Of a stretch of 64,000 bases of DNA, positions 1 through 12,824 are shown in pieces. The stretch is taken from assembly GCF_963921235.1 (NCBI RefSeq), contig NC_086109.1:37822001-37886000 (forward strand), given 5' to 3'. The notes below the pieces were generated by a model. That model was given only the letters and a program-made list of their open reading frames with translations, ran no database searches and was not told where the DNA came from. The translations under genes were made by a program, and so were the position numbers. Source of the stretch: Mobula hypostoma (taxonomy: Eukaryota). Position 1 is the stretch's first letter; every line of letters starts with the position of its first letter.

Positions 1-724
1 TCCTGTTCAAATATACAAAGTCATCGCTTAAGGTAAAAGTACTGGGAAACAAAATGACTAATGTACTTAAATATAATTAAAGAAATATTTTTACATTGTT
101 TTAGAATTTAAAATAATATTTTGTACATAAAAATTCACTCCTGTCCAGTAGAGCTAAAAGTACAGCAGAGTTGCAGAGTTGTTGCACATTGACTTCAATG
201 GAATGAATTTCTGAGTGGAAGTACAGCATGCTGTTGTGAATTTACAATTACTTTCTGAGCAATTAGTTTTTAAACTGAATGTTTCTTGTGCTTTTTCAGG
301 GAGATGTCACTGGGTATAGGTTAGCCACACTGAACTCTCAATTGTTAATGTGCATTTCTCTAAAAGCTTTAATAAAATCAGCAAAGTGTGGGGCAAACCC
401 ATTCAGAAATGACATTTAGGAGGAATATATATCTTAAAATAAATGATTTATATATATATATGAAAATATCAGAGGGCTGTAGATAATTGGAATAGCTCTT
501 TCTAAGAACTGAAATAATTGATTCCATCTGTGTTGTTTGAGTCATCAAATACAGTGTTGAAGCTTTCGTACATAATTCGATCTAATTAGAAACATCTTTA
601 GGGTTTTTCATATATGACTATATACCAGTAGGTTATTGCTCAACACATCAAAATGATTACATACAGATCACCATATTTGTATGGTAATTCTTTGCTTATA
701 TACTACTGGTATATGATTGATCGT

Positions 725-1150
725 AAGACATAGGAGGAGAATTAGGCTATTTAGCCTATTGAGTCTGCTCCACCATTCCATCATGGCTTATTTATTATCC
801 ATCTCAATTCCAGTCTCCTGCCTTCTCCCTGTCTCCTTTGGCACTGTGACTAATTAAGAACGTACCAACCTCTGCTTGGAATATACTCAAAATTCTGGTC
901 TCCACAGCTTTCTGTGGCAATGAATTCCACAGTTTCACCACACTCTGGCTAAAAAATTCCTTCTAATCTCTGTTCTACATAGACAACCATCTCTGTTCTG
1001 GGGCTGCGCTCTCCTATCCTAGACTCACGCAGTGCAGGAAACATCCTCTCCACATCCACTCTATCTAGGCCTTTCAATATTTGATAGGTCTCAATGAGAT
1101 CTCCCCTCATTTTACTAAACTCCAGTGAGTACAGACAGAGCCATCAAAAT
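725..1150 (-). mobile_element. CR1/HER1-type LINE 3' end, degenerate
   Basis: Reverse complement of the CR1 3' tail and RT C-terminus seen in the younger copies (compare 21909-22330, 51015-51420). Confidence 0.85.
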
Positions 1151-1599
1151 GGTGAGTATGAAACATAAATTTTATAAGGAATCCTTCTCCAGATTTTCTT
1201 TACAGATTAGTCTTTAACACAATAATCAATGCAAGAAGTTTGACCTTTTCCAGGTTTCTCAATAATTGAGACATTTTTCATTGTTTTGAAAAAAGGTGGC
1301 TGATATTGCAATGCGTTGAGTGCCCAAATGTTTCATTTCAGTCCTCAGCTTAAGAAACAAGCAAACACTATAGGTTGTACTAGAGATTTAGAACATACAA
1401 TGAAAGACTCAGGCCTTTAAATTACACTACATAGCTGAACATTTAGATAGATTCTGTCATACAAAAGTAATAGAAAAAGATTTGCAAAGGAAATCTTAAT
1501 ATGAAGTTCATAATGTCTATAATCTTCCTTTCATATGCTCCATGCATCAGGAGTCCTTGGCATGAACGGTGGCATTTAATAAAGCACAAAGCACACCTG

Positions 1600-2075
1600 A
1601 ATATTAACACCATGCCTTTGGGTGATGGCCACACCTACAGAAGCACAACTTCACACTGCCTTGGGCTCCTTCATTATTACTTAACTTGAGCAGGAACCCA
1701 TCCTTTTCATTGGATGCCCATCTCAGCTTAGTCTTCTTTAAGTCATTAATTACCCATCACCAGGTTTACTGTCAAGCCACATGTCAATGATTATATTCCT
1801 TATACCCTTTGAATTGAACCTCCTCCGTCCTCTGTCATAAGCCCCACAATCACCAGCTTACCTATCTGGATCTCCACCAATCTTAAGATTCAACAATCAG
1901 TACTTTAGTTATTGATCTTCACCCTTTCATCCACCCACCAAATCCTGATTGATGCCTAACCCTCACCTCCCTCATTCTACTCCTGTTCGGAAAGGCAGAC
2001 TTTCTCACTATCCCCCAATTGCTAAAGCAATCCTTTCCAACCCGCCCCACATCCTTCTTCCCCTTCCAGTTCCTC
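1600..2075 (+). mobile_element. Very old Penelope-like element 3' remnant
   Basis: Weak resemblance to the GIY-YIG C-terminus (EEQHLIF region), followed by a pyrimidine-rich terminal-repeat-like tract. Confidence 0.35.
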
Positions 2076-3549
2076 ACTTTTGTCACTATCAATAATCCTT
2101 TCAACTGTGGAGCACAGAACAGATTAGTCTTCGCATGTACAGAGTGTCTAAGACCCATTCTATAACACACAAGACGTTGGCCCTCTTTGTGTTGAAAAGT
2201 TTTACAGCTACAGACCAAAGTATTTATTAATCTACTAAGTACAGTTGAATTAACATGCCACTGCAGATGCAATGCAATTTCTAGAGCATTATTTACTCTC
2301 AAAGAAATAAGGAAAAAATCAAAATAGTGTATTTTTTTCTTTAAGCATGTGCCAAACAATGACAGAAAGAAGAAATGGTGTGTTTTTTTTAAATTCCTCC
2401 TTTGCAACATTTATTCTTGCACGATGCTCACTTCCCTTCACAGAATCTTTGCTCCCTACCACTGTAAATCTGGGTTTGCACAATCTGCTCTGCCCGAGTC
2501 ATGTTATTGTAAAATATTGCTGCAGAATTCCAAGACCTGATTATCCAGTAACAAAACCAATGATTCAACTTATACACTGAAAACTCCAGCTAACCTTTGG
2601 AAACGCACTTAAAAAATGAGGTAAAATTCTTCCCTGTAGGTTTCAATGACTTATGGATGGTGGTTGTGTTCATCAGAAATTTTAGATTCCTTGGCAGCAT
2701 AATCCATGGAAAATGAATACTTGATGAACCGAATAAACATCCTTGAAAAAGCGGTTGATTACCACATGTGTTTGCTTTCAACAAGAGCAAATGGAATCAA
2801 TTTTATGAAGAAAATATGAAAGAACACTCACAACTACTAAAGAATTTTTTAAATAGGACAAGACAATTTGTTAACTTGTAACAGTGAACAATACTTCAAA
2901 AATGTTCTACTTCTCATTATTGATTAGTTTATGTGGATTGACATTAGTTGAGTAAACGCAGTTATAAGGTTGTCACACGTGTATATTCAGAATTCTTTAA
3001 CTCTGAGATAATACAGTAATAAAGGTTACAGCACTGTGTGATGTGTTGTTATTGAGGGCAGTTTGCTGGCTAAAGTTCAAACACAGCAAGTCTCTTCAGC
3101 AACGTGCTCTCAGCCCCACGACAACAGAGATGTTTTTAAAATTATATTCCCAAAGTAAAAGGTGCTATAACAGTACTAAATTAAGAATCATTTATCTTCT
3201 TGATTTTTGGTTCTCTGACCAAATTTTAAAATTTGTAACAAACCCACAGAAAAATAGTGACCTTGATAAATTGAAGTGGTTTACAGAAGTCCCGCAGGCA
3301 AGGTTCATCGTAACTATTTTTAATAAAAGCCATGACTATCTAAAATGAAATGTGAGTTGACACCTTAATGGCTGCGAGAAAATATCTGTGTTTTAATAGC
3401 CTTTTGTTATCAGCAGTACCTTTGCTCTGGAATTATATTTTTGCAGAATTCTGACAGGGTTTTGAATAAATATAAGAAGGGAAGCAAATGTCATGTATAG
3501 GCAACTAATGGTTATGGAAAACGATAACTACACTGGAGGCATTCAGTTC

Positions 3550-3910
3550 CTTTGGGTGGAGATACATCTCTCCCAAAGGAGGTATAAAGCGCTCCTTCCG
3601 TGCACTAAACTGCAGGTCATCCTTGACCATGGGTAGCACCTGATTAGCCCCCCGATCAAGGTAACATCAAGTCATGGGAGCAGGTGGTGGTTGGTCATAT
3701 GAGCAGTCGATGCACATCACAAGTCCACTGACGGCAGGCAGACAATCTCTGAAGAGTATTGATAATAGCTGGAGTCAGTTGTTTTGTAAAGATACTTCCC
3801 AGAAGAAGGCAATGACAAACCATTTAAGTAGAAAAATTTGCCAAGAACAATCATGGTCATGACACCCTAATCGCCTTTGTCATATGACACAGCACATTAT
3901 GATGGTGATT
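3550..3910 (+). mobile_element. Non-autonomous RTE-derived element (RTE 5'UTR-like body plus 3'-like tail)
   Basis: Shares the blocks caggtca.cctt...tagcacctg.ttagcc and ttgtaaaga.act...gaag.aa.gcaa with the RTE 5'UTR at 23400-23600; ends in tatgatggtgat. Confidence 0.65.
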
Positions 3911-3929
3911 CAGTACCTTATTGAACTTA

Positions 3930-5219
3930 AAGATGGATTGGGCCAAGGGTTGGTAGGGATTAGTCCCAGGCTACCACGGGAGGTAAGGAAAATTATTGCT
4001 GGACTCTAGCTGAGAATTTTAATTCTTTGTCAGAGAAATGTAAGTTACCAAGTGACTGCAGGACTGCAAACATGATCCCCCCTTTTTAATTAAGACATTT
4101 GGGAAAAGTCTGGCAACTGTAGATCTGTGAGCCTAACATCTGTGAGTAGGGAAGATTCTGGACAGTATTCCAAGGGAGAGGGTTAATGATCCCTTGGTAA
4201 ATTAAGGACTTGTCAATGTGGCTCTATTAAGGGCATATCCGCTCTGACCAAAGGATATTAAAGAAGGCAGGGCAGTAGACAGAATTTACATAGTCTTTAG
4301 TAAAGCCATTGATAAGGTCCCACATAGGAGACAAGTTCAGAAAGTTAGGCCCATGAGATCTAAGGCAAGTTGGCAAACTGGAGACTGTTCTTGTGTTTAG
4401 ATGCTTGTGATCAGTGGTGTCCCTCAAGGATCGGTTCTGAGATCCTTGCTGCTTGTAATTTACGTGAATGATTTAGATGTACAGTAGATGTGGGAGGCAC
4501 GATCACTAAACTAGCAGATGACACATAGTTTGGTGGATTTGTTGACAGTGTGGAAGCAGTCCGTTGTGTTGGTGAAGTAGTCAGAAAAATGGCAGTTGAA
4601 GTTTAATCTAAATAAGTGTGAGGTTATGGACAGTAATTTAGTGATACTAGTGAGGCTATATGCACCATATGTTAGGGGCTTGGGAACTACTGAGAAACAG
4701 AGGAACCTCCAAGTACAATCCCATAGGTCCTTTAAGGTGGCAATACAGGTAGATAACATGGTTAGAATGGTATGTGGGAAATATCATTCATTAGTCAAAA
4801 TATTGGATAGTCTGAAAGGTTATGGTCCAACTTTAAAATGTTTTGGTCAAACCATAGCTGGAATTTTGTCTGTGGTTCCGTTTACCATGCCAATGGAAGG
4901 ATGTGATAGCCTTGGAGAAGGGACAGAGGAGATTCGACTAGGGTGTTACCTGACATTGAGCAGTTCAACCAGGTCGGACAGACTGAAAAAGCTGGGAGTG
5001 TTCTCTCTGGGTAGGAGAAGGCTACGACGGGACATGGTTGAGGTATATAAAATTATGTGGGGTATGAATATGATTGACTACTTTCCCTGCATCAGATGCC
5101 GATAAAACTCGAGGACTCGATATAGGGTAGGAGGAAGAGATTTAGAGAGGAATTAAGGAGAACATTCTCCACCAGAGAGTGGTATGCACCTGAAATGCCT
5201 TGCCTGAATGAATGGTTAA
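3930..5219 (+). mobile_element. Old CR1 LINE ORF2 (RT) fragment; its 3' end resumes at 7295-7460 after a younger CR1 insertion
   Basis: Degenerate GVPQGSVL, ADDT and FNLNKCEVM motifs (ORF 4596-5105). Confidence 0.85.
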
Positions 5220-7291
5220 AGATTGCGTGGATGAACTACAACAATTGTTCATCCCAGTTTGGCAAAATAAATCAAGGAAGGTAGTGCACCCGTGGCTGAC
5301 AAGAGAAATTAGGGATAGTATCAATTCCAAAGAAGAAGCATACAAATTAGCCAGAAAAAGTGGCTCACCTGAGAACTGGGAGAAATTCAGAGTTCAGCAG
5401 AGGAGGACAAAGGGCTTAATTAGGAAGGAGAAAAAAGATTATGAGAGAAAACTGGCAGGGAACATAAAAACTGACCGTAAAAGCTTTTATAGATATGTAA
5501 AAAGGAAAAGACTGGTAAAGACAAATGTAGGTCCCCTACAGACAGAAACAGGTGAATTGATTATGGGGAGCAAGGACATGGCAGACCAAATGAATAATTA
5601 CTTTGGTTCTGTCTTCACTAAGGAGGACATAAATAATCTTCCAGAAATAGTAGGAGACAGAGGGTCCAGTGAGATGGAGGAACTGAGGGAAATACATGTT
5701 AGTAGGGAAGTGGTGTTAGGTAAATTGAAGGGATTAAAGGCAGATAAATCCCCAGGGCCAGATGGTCTGCATCCTAGAGTGCTTAAGGAAGTAGCCCAAG
5801 AAATAGTGGATGCATTAGTGATAATTTTTCAAAACTCGTTAGATTCTGGACTAGTTCCGAAGGATTGGAGGGTGGCTAATATAACCCCACTTTTTAAAAA
5901 AGGAGGGAGAGAGAAACCGGGGAATTATAGACCGGTTAGCCTAACGTCAGTGGTGGGGAAACTGCTGGAGTCAGTTATCAAAGATGTGATAACAGCACAT
6001 TTGGAAAGCGGTGAAATCATCGGACAAAGTCAACATGGATTTGTGAAAGGAAAATCATGTCCGACGAATCTCATAGAATTTTTTGAGGATGTAACTAGTA
6101 GAGTGGATAGGGGAGAACCAGTAGATGTGGTATATTTGGATTTTCAAAAGGTTTTTGACAAGGTCCCACACAGGAGATTAGTGTGCAAACTTAAAGCACA
6201 CAGTATTGGGGGTAAGGTATTGATGTGGGTAGAGAATTGGTTAGCAGACAGGAAGCAAAGAGTGGGAATAAACGGGACCTTTTCAGAATGGTTGGGACCC
6301 CAGTTGTTTACAATATATATTAATGACTTGGATGAGGGAATTAAATGCAGCATCTCCAAGTTTGCGGATGACACGAAGCTGGGTGGCAGTGTTAGCTGTG
6401 AGGAGGATGCTAAGAGGATGCAGGGTGACTTGGATAGGTTGGGTGAGTGGGCAAATTCATGGCAGATGCAATTTAATGTGGATAAATGTGAGGTTATCCA
6501 CTTTGGTGGCAAAAATAGGAAAACAGATTATTATCTGAATGGTGACGGATTAGGGAAAGGGGAGGTGCAACGAGACCTGGGTGTCATTATACACCAGTCA
6601 TTGAAAGTGGGCATGCAGGTACAGTAGGCGGTGAAAAAGGCGAATGGTATGCTGGCATTTATAGCAAGAGGATTCGAGTACAGGAGCAAGGAGGTACTAC
6701 TGCAGTTGTACAAGGCCTTGGTGAGACCACACCTGGAGTATTGTATGCAGTTTTGGTCCCCTAATCTGAGGAAAAACATACTTGCCATAGAGGGAGTACA
6801 AAGGAGGTTCACCAGATTGATTCCTGGGATGGCAGGACTTTCATATGAAGAAAGACTGGATGAACTAGGCTTGTACTCGTTGGAATTTAGAAGATTGAGG
6901 GGGGATCTGATTGAAACGTATAAAATCCTAAAGGGATTGGACAGGCTAGATGCAGGAAGATTGTTCCCGATGTTGGGGAAGTCTAGAACGAGGGGTCACG
7001 GTTTGAGGATAAGGGCGAAGCCTTTTAGGACTAAGATTAGGAAAACTTCTTCACACAGAGAGTGGTGGATCTGTGGAATTCTCTGCCACAGGAAACAGTT
7101 GAGGCCACTTCATTGGCTATATTTAAGAGGGAGTTAGATATGGCCCTTGTGGCTAGGGGGATCAAAGGGTATGGAGGGAAGGCTGGTGCAGGGTTCTGAG
7201 TTGGATGATCAGCCATGATCATAATAAATGGCGGTGCAGGCTCGAAGGGCCGAATGGCCTATTCCTGCACCTATTTTCTATGTTTCTATGT
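5220..7291 (+). mobile_element. Young 5'-truncated CR1/HER1 LINE, ORF2 RT pseudogene
   Basis: ORFs 5212-6627 and 6631-7137 (KSPGPDG, NYRPVSLTS, YLDFQKVFDKV, KFADDTK); TAG at 6625; frameshift near 7043; (ttctatgt)2 tail. Confidence 0.97.
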
Positions 7292-7473
7292 TAAGTGGGA
7301 TTGTTGATAGCATTTATGAAGTGTCAGGCTATGCTCTTGAATCGCGTAGGCATGGAAGATATGGACCAAGAGTTGGTGATGGGATTAAAATAGGAGGGCA
7401 TTTGCTGGTCAGCGTGAACAACGTGTATCATATGATATGTTCCATGCTCTACTGTTACTGTACGACTGTAGCG

Positions 7474-7700
7474 ACACACACAAAGTACTGGAGGAACTCA
7501 GCAAGTCGGGCAGCCTCGATGGACGGGAGGAAGCAGTCAATGTTTTGGGCCAAGACCCTTCATCAGGACTGGAAAGGAAAAGGGAAGCAAAGTCAGAATA
7601 AGAATGTGGGGGGAGTGGGAGGAGTACAAGATGGCAGGTGATAGTTAAAACCAGATGAGGGGGAGGGGAAGTTGGGCGGGTGGAGGAGGGGCTGCAGGAG
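7474..7700 (-). mobile_element. Penelope-like terminal repeat fragment with decayed hammerhead
   Basis: Homologous to 11450-11622; hammerhead remnant at about 7535-7570. Confidence 0.85.
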
Positions 7701-7974
7701 AATATCTTACTTAGATATTTTTTTCCACATTATTTTAGCAGACATATCGACACATTTATTAAAACTTGCCTGCTACAATAATAAAGAAAACTTTCACTCA
7801 AGTTTGTTGAACATTTTTATAAACAGTGCCTTTGTGCTGAGATGGTTTGGAAAAAGATTAATAATCTCAATGAACTAATGAACAGAAATATTTGTTTATT
7901 TATCCATTTCATCAGTATAATCTTGGCAAATAACACTGTAGGAATTCTTTAAATCAGGAAAATAAGCGAAGCGT

Positions 7975-9186
7975 TAACATGCGAAATTCCGCAGATGCTG
8001 GAAATCCAAAGCAACACACACAAAATGATGGAGGAACTCAGCAGGTCAGGCAGCATCTTTGGAAATGAATAAACGATCGACGTTTTGGGCCGAATCCCTT
8101 CTTCAGGACTGGAAAGGATGGAAGAAGATGACAGAATAAAAAGGTGAGAGGTGGGGAAGGAGTGTAACTAGAAGTAATAGGTGAAAACAGGAGGGTAGGA
8201 AAGGTAAAGGGCTGGAGAGGAAGGAATCTAAAAGGAGAGGAAAGTGGATCACAGAAGAAGGGGAAGGAGGGAAATGATCGGCCGGTTGGAAGAGGTAAGG
8301 GGTCACAGTGGGTAATAGAAGAGGGGAGGGGAGGGGAGGGAATTTTTTTTACTGGAAGGAGAGTCTATATTCGTGCCATCAGGTTGGAGGCCACCCAGAT
8401 GGAATATAAGGAGTAGCTCCTCCACCTTGATGATGGTCTCATCATGGCACAAGAGGAGGCCATGGACTGACATGGGAATGGGAATTAAAATGTTTAGCCA
8501 CCCAGAAGTCCCGCTTTTAGTAGATGGAACGGAAGTACTTAGTGAAGCGGTCCCCCAATTTACGACGGGTCTCTCCAATGTAGAGCAGGCCACATTGGGA
8601 GCACCGGACACAATCGAGGACCCCAGCACATTTGCAGCTGAAGTGTTGCCTCACCTGGAAAGAAGTGAAAGTTAGTGAGGAGATCGAGAGCACTAGAAGT
8701 GTTGCAGGTGTAGGTGAGAAGGGACTGAACCAAGGAGGATAGAATGGCGTCAAAGTATGAGGATACGAGTTCAGTGGGTTAGGATCAGGCAAAGACACTG
8801 GGCCTAGCAAGACAGTCAGGTTTGTGGATCTTGGGTAGGAGGTAGAAGCGAGCAGTGTGGCGTAAGGAAACTATGATTTGGTGGCAGTGGATGGGAGTTC
8901 TCCAGAGTTGATGAGGTCAGTGATGGTGTTGCAGTCGGTTTTCTGATGATCCGGGGTGGGGTCCTTTTCAAGGGGTAGGTAGTGGAGGTGTCTGAGAGTC
9001 TCTGCCTGGCTTCAGCAAGGTAGAGATCAGTCCACCACATTACAACAGTACCCCCTTTGTCTGCTGGCTTGATGGCAAGGTTGGGATTAAGTGTGGTGCA
9101 CTCGGAGGGCAGTGAGTTTAGAGGATGTGAGGTTAAGGGAGGAGAGAGGAGAGCTGAAGTTGAGCTGGTTGATATCTCATAAGCAG
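7975..9186 (-). mobile_element. Older Penelope-like element (N-terminal RT piece, internal deletion, GIY-YIG, terminal repeat)
   Basis: IKPADKGGTVV (ORF 8816-9226); CVRCSQCGLLYIGETRRKLGDRF (ORF 8517-8810); hammerhead remnant at about 8075-8110. Confidence 0.93.
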
Positions 9187-9203
9187 AGTGACAGGAATAT
9201 GTC

Positions 9204-11231
9204 GGCAAGGACTCCCCCACCCCCACCGATGACCCCTTCTCCCGTCTTCAACCCTCCTCTTCTTCATGGACACCCCGCTCTGGTCTTCTGCCTGCTCTGG
9301 ATCTCTTTATCGCTAATTGCCGACGGGACATCAACCATCTCGACTTCACCGCACCTTGTCCCCATTCCAACCTCACTCCTTCGGAACGCTCTGCTCTCCA
9401 CTCCCTCCGCACTAATCCTAACCTTATTATTAAACCCGCCGATAAGGGGGGTGCTGTTGTAGTCTGGCGTACTGACCTCTACCTTGCCGAGGCACAGTGA
9501 CAACTCGCGGATACCTCCTCTTATTTACCCCTCGATCATGACCCCACTAAGGAGCACCAGGCCATTGTCTCCCACACCATCACCAACTTTATCCGCTCAG
9601 GGGATCTCCCATCCACTGCTACCAACCTTATAGTTCCCACACCCCGCACTTCCCGTTTCTACCTCCTACCCAAGATCCACAAACCTGCCTGTCCTGGCCG
9701 ACCTATTGTCTCAGCTTGCTCCTGCCCCACCGAACTCGTTTCTGCATACCTCGACACGGTTTTATCACCCCTTGTTCAAACCCTTCCGACCTATGTTCGT
9801 GACACTTCTCACGCTCTTAAACTTTTCGATGATTTTAAGTTCCCTGGCCCCCACCACTTTATTTTCACCATGGATGTCCAGTCCTTATATACTTCCATCC
9901 CCCATCAGGAAGGTCTCAAAGCTCTACGCTTCTTTTTGAATTCCAGACCTAATCAGTTCCCCTCTACCACCACTCTGCTCCGTCTAGCGGAATTAGTCCT
10001 TACTCTTAATAATTTCTCCTTTGGCTCCTCCTACTTCCTCCAAACTAAAGGTGTAGCTATGGGCACCCGTATGGGTCCTAGCTATGCCTGCCTTTTTGTT
10101 GGGTTTATGGAACAATCTATGTTCCGTGCCTGTTCTGGTATCTGTCCCCCACTTTTCCTTCGCTACATCGACGACTGCATTGGCGCTGCTTCCTGCACGC
10201 ATGCAGAACTCGTTGACTTTATTAACTTTGCCTCCAACTTTCACCCTGCCCTCAAGTTTACCTGGTCCATTTCCAACACCTCCCTCCCCTTTCTAGGTCT
10301 TTCTGTCTCTGTCTCTGGAGACAGCTTATCCACTGATGTCTACTATAAGCCTATTGACTCTCACAGCTATCTGGACTATTCCTCTTCTCACCCTGTCTCT
10401 TGCAAAAACACCATCCCCTTCTCGCAATTCCTCCGTCTCCGCTGCATCTGCTCTCAGGATGAGGCTTTTCATTCTAGGACGAGGGAGATGTCTTCCTTTT
10501 TTAAAGAAAGGGGCTTCCCTTCCTCCACTATCAACTCTGCTCTTAAACGCATCTCCCCCATTTCACGTACATCTGTTCTCACTCCATCCTCCCGCCACCC
10601 CACTAGGAATAGGGTTCCCCTGGTCCTCACCTACCACCCCACCAGCCTCCGGGTCCAACATATTATTCTCCGTAACTTCCGCCACCTCCAATGGGATCCC
10701 ACCACTAAGCACATCTTTCCCTCCCCCCCTCTCTTTGCATTCCGCAGGGATCACTCCCTACGCAACTCCCTTGTCCATTCGTTCCCCCCATCCCTCCCCA
10801 CTGATCTCCCTCCTGGCACTAATCCGTGTAAGCGGAACAAGTGCTACACATGCCCTTACACTTCCTCCCTTACCACCATTCGGGGCCCCAAACAGTCCTT
10901 CCAGGTGAGGCAACACTTCACCTGTGAGTCAGCTGGGGTGATATACTGCATCCGGTGCTCCCGATGTGGCCTTTTATATATTGGCGAGACCCAACGCAGA
11001 CTGGGAGACCGCTTTGCTGAACATCTACGCTCTGTCCGCCAGAGAAAGCAGGATCTCCTAGTGGCCACACATTTTAATTCCACATCCCATTCCCATGCTG
11101 ACATGTCTATCCACGGCCTCCTCTACTGTAAAGATGAAGCCACACTCAGGTTGGAGGAACAACACCTTATATTCCGTCTGGGTAGCCTCCAACCCGATGG
11201 CATGAACATCGACTTCTCTAACTTCCGCTAA
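9204..11231 (+). CDS. PLE reverse transcriptase + Cys-rich linker + GIY-YIG endonuclease (one in-frame TGA at 9498)
   Basis: KPADKGG, LPKIHK, GRPIVS, MDVQSLYTSI, GVAMGT, RYIDD; CKRNKCYTC linker; VIYCIRCSRCGLLYIGETQRRLGDRFAEH; GMN. Confidence 0.95.
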
Positions 11232-11526
11232 TGCCCCACCTCCCCCCGTACCCCATCTGTTACCAATTTTATACACACATTCTTTCTCTCACTCTCTTTT
11301 TTCTCCTTCTGTCCCTCTGAATTTACCTCTTGCCCATCCTCTGGGTCCCCCCCCCCCACCTTGTCTTTCTTCCCGGACCTCCTGTCCCATGATCCTCTCA
11401 TATCCCTTTTGCCTATCACCTGTCCAGCTCTTGGCTCCATCCCTCCCCCTCCTGTCTTCTCCTATCATTTTGGATCTCCCCCTCCCCCTCCAACTTTCAA
11501 ATCCCTTACTCACTCTTCCTTCAGTT

Positions 11527-11562
11527 AGTCCTGACGAAGGGTCTCGGCCTGAAACGTCGACT
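11527..11562 (+). ncRNA. Minimal type I hammerhead ribozyme, intact core
   Basis: AGUC-CUGACGA-AGG(gucucgg)CCU-GAAA-CGUC^-GACU: stem I, CUGANGA, stem II, GAAA, palindromic ACGU stem III, GUC cleavage triplet. Confidence 0.85.
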
Positions 11563-12824
11563 GCACCTCTTCCTACAGATGCTGCCTGGCCTGCTGCGTT
11601 CACCATCAACTTTGATGTGTGTTGACAGGAATATGTGCCAGTGTTAATAACAAGCACAATGATTCAGCTGTTGACTTCTAACTTCTTTTGATGCAAATAT
11701 TTTTCTTCTAACGTTCATTCACTGAGTTAGTGCCAGATATTTGATGAGAGGGAATATCATGGCTCGTTTCAACTGTTTTCACTGAAACTGAACATTGTCT
11801 ATCGTGTTGCAAATTGGAATAATTGAGTTTTAAGCACCTTTTTCTCTTTGAATTATATATAATTTTATAACATAGTATCATTGTGGAAGGTATTTCTAGT
11901 CACAGGGGATCTAATATTGAGTATCCATTTTCAAATCAAATAAAGCACTTGATAAGAACAGATTCTTTATTCGTGTGTTTATGATTCACATTAATAGGAT
12001 TAAATATAATAAATTATCTTAATGTAACAGTCAATGCAGCTTAAAGTTTTCTTCGATGTATGTCTAGGGCTTAAAGTAAATAGATTCCTTGTACTTAATT
12101 GATGCAAGTCTACATGTCATTTTGTTCCTTGTTACAAGAAAAAAGCATGAACATTTGCTATATTTCCTTGAGCATCATATTTTTTTGAGAAGTAGAGAAG
12201 TATCCAGACAGTACAGGTTATAAAAGTTTTCTATTAAGTACATTTTTCTTGATGATTGCTGATGAATGAATAAACTGGGATCATAGGGAATAAAGTTAGT
12301 ACAAACCATGAATTAATTAAATTCATAAGACACATGAAATAAGATCATGTGCTGGCATGAGTCAGTTAGCAAAATGACAATAGTGAAACTGAAAACAATT
12401 ATAGGATAAGATTTTAATCATTAAAGCATCGCTTAAATCACTTTTCCTGAGAACCATATGGAATTCTTTTTATTCAACAGGTTAAAGGTTAATATTTTCC
12501 TGAAAATTAAAGTCTATTACAATAGTCCAGAGGGATGGACTTTCAGAATTGATTCAAGATGGATCAAATATTATTGAATTTTTATCCATTAAGATCGGAG
12601 TCAAGCATTAGCTCAGAAAATGTTTGAACTTCTTTCTGATTCAATTAATGGAACACAAAGAAATTGATTTCAAAATCAGTTCCAAAAAATAAGATTCTAA
12701 TTGTATTTTAACTCAGAAACTGTTTTCAAGTCCAGAAATATATGAAAGTGTATTAATTTCATTACTGTGCTGAAATGAAATATGCCTTTTGATTTTGTGT
12801 TTCATATCCTGTGTTTTCACTCTT

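Larger units (their letters stand above)
9203..11622 (+). mobile_element. Young Neptune-type Penelope-like retroelement, 5'-truncated, 14-bp TSD
   Basis: TSD tgacaggaatatgt at 9189-9202 and 11623-11636; RT-EN reading frame followed by a terminal repeat with hammerhead. Confidence 0.97.

Noticed and set aside
285..325. Possible micro-exon (tttttcag...gttag); similar signals at about 32430 and 36215-36245
   Set aside because: Splice-like signals alone with no recognisable peptide
2660..2790. Ancient LINE RT fragment (FRFLGSII)
   Set aside because: A single short motif, too weak to call
6144..6812. Antisense ORFs over CR1 (also 22385-23089, 26351-27478) and over the PLE
   Set aside because: Shadow frames of TE coding sequence with no independent motifs
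7975..11622. Single PLE with a long inverted 5' repeat
   Set aside because: The halves differ in divergence, and the TSD brackets only 9203-11622
11289..11657. Recurrent ORF MLVNxAGQAASxGRG (also 46141, 55816)
   Set aside because: It recurs only because the PLE terminal repeat recurs; starts and ends vary
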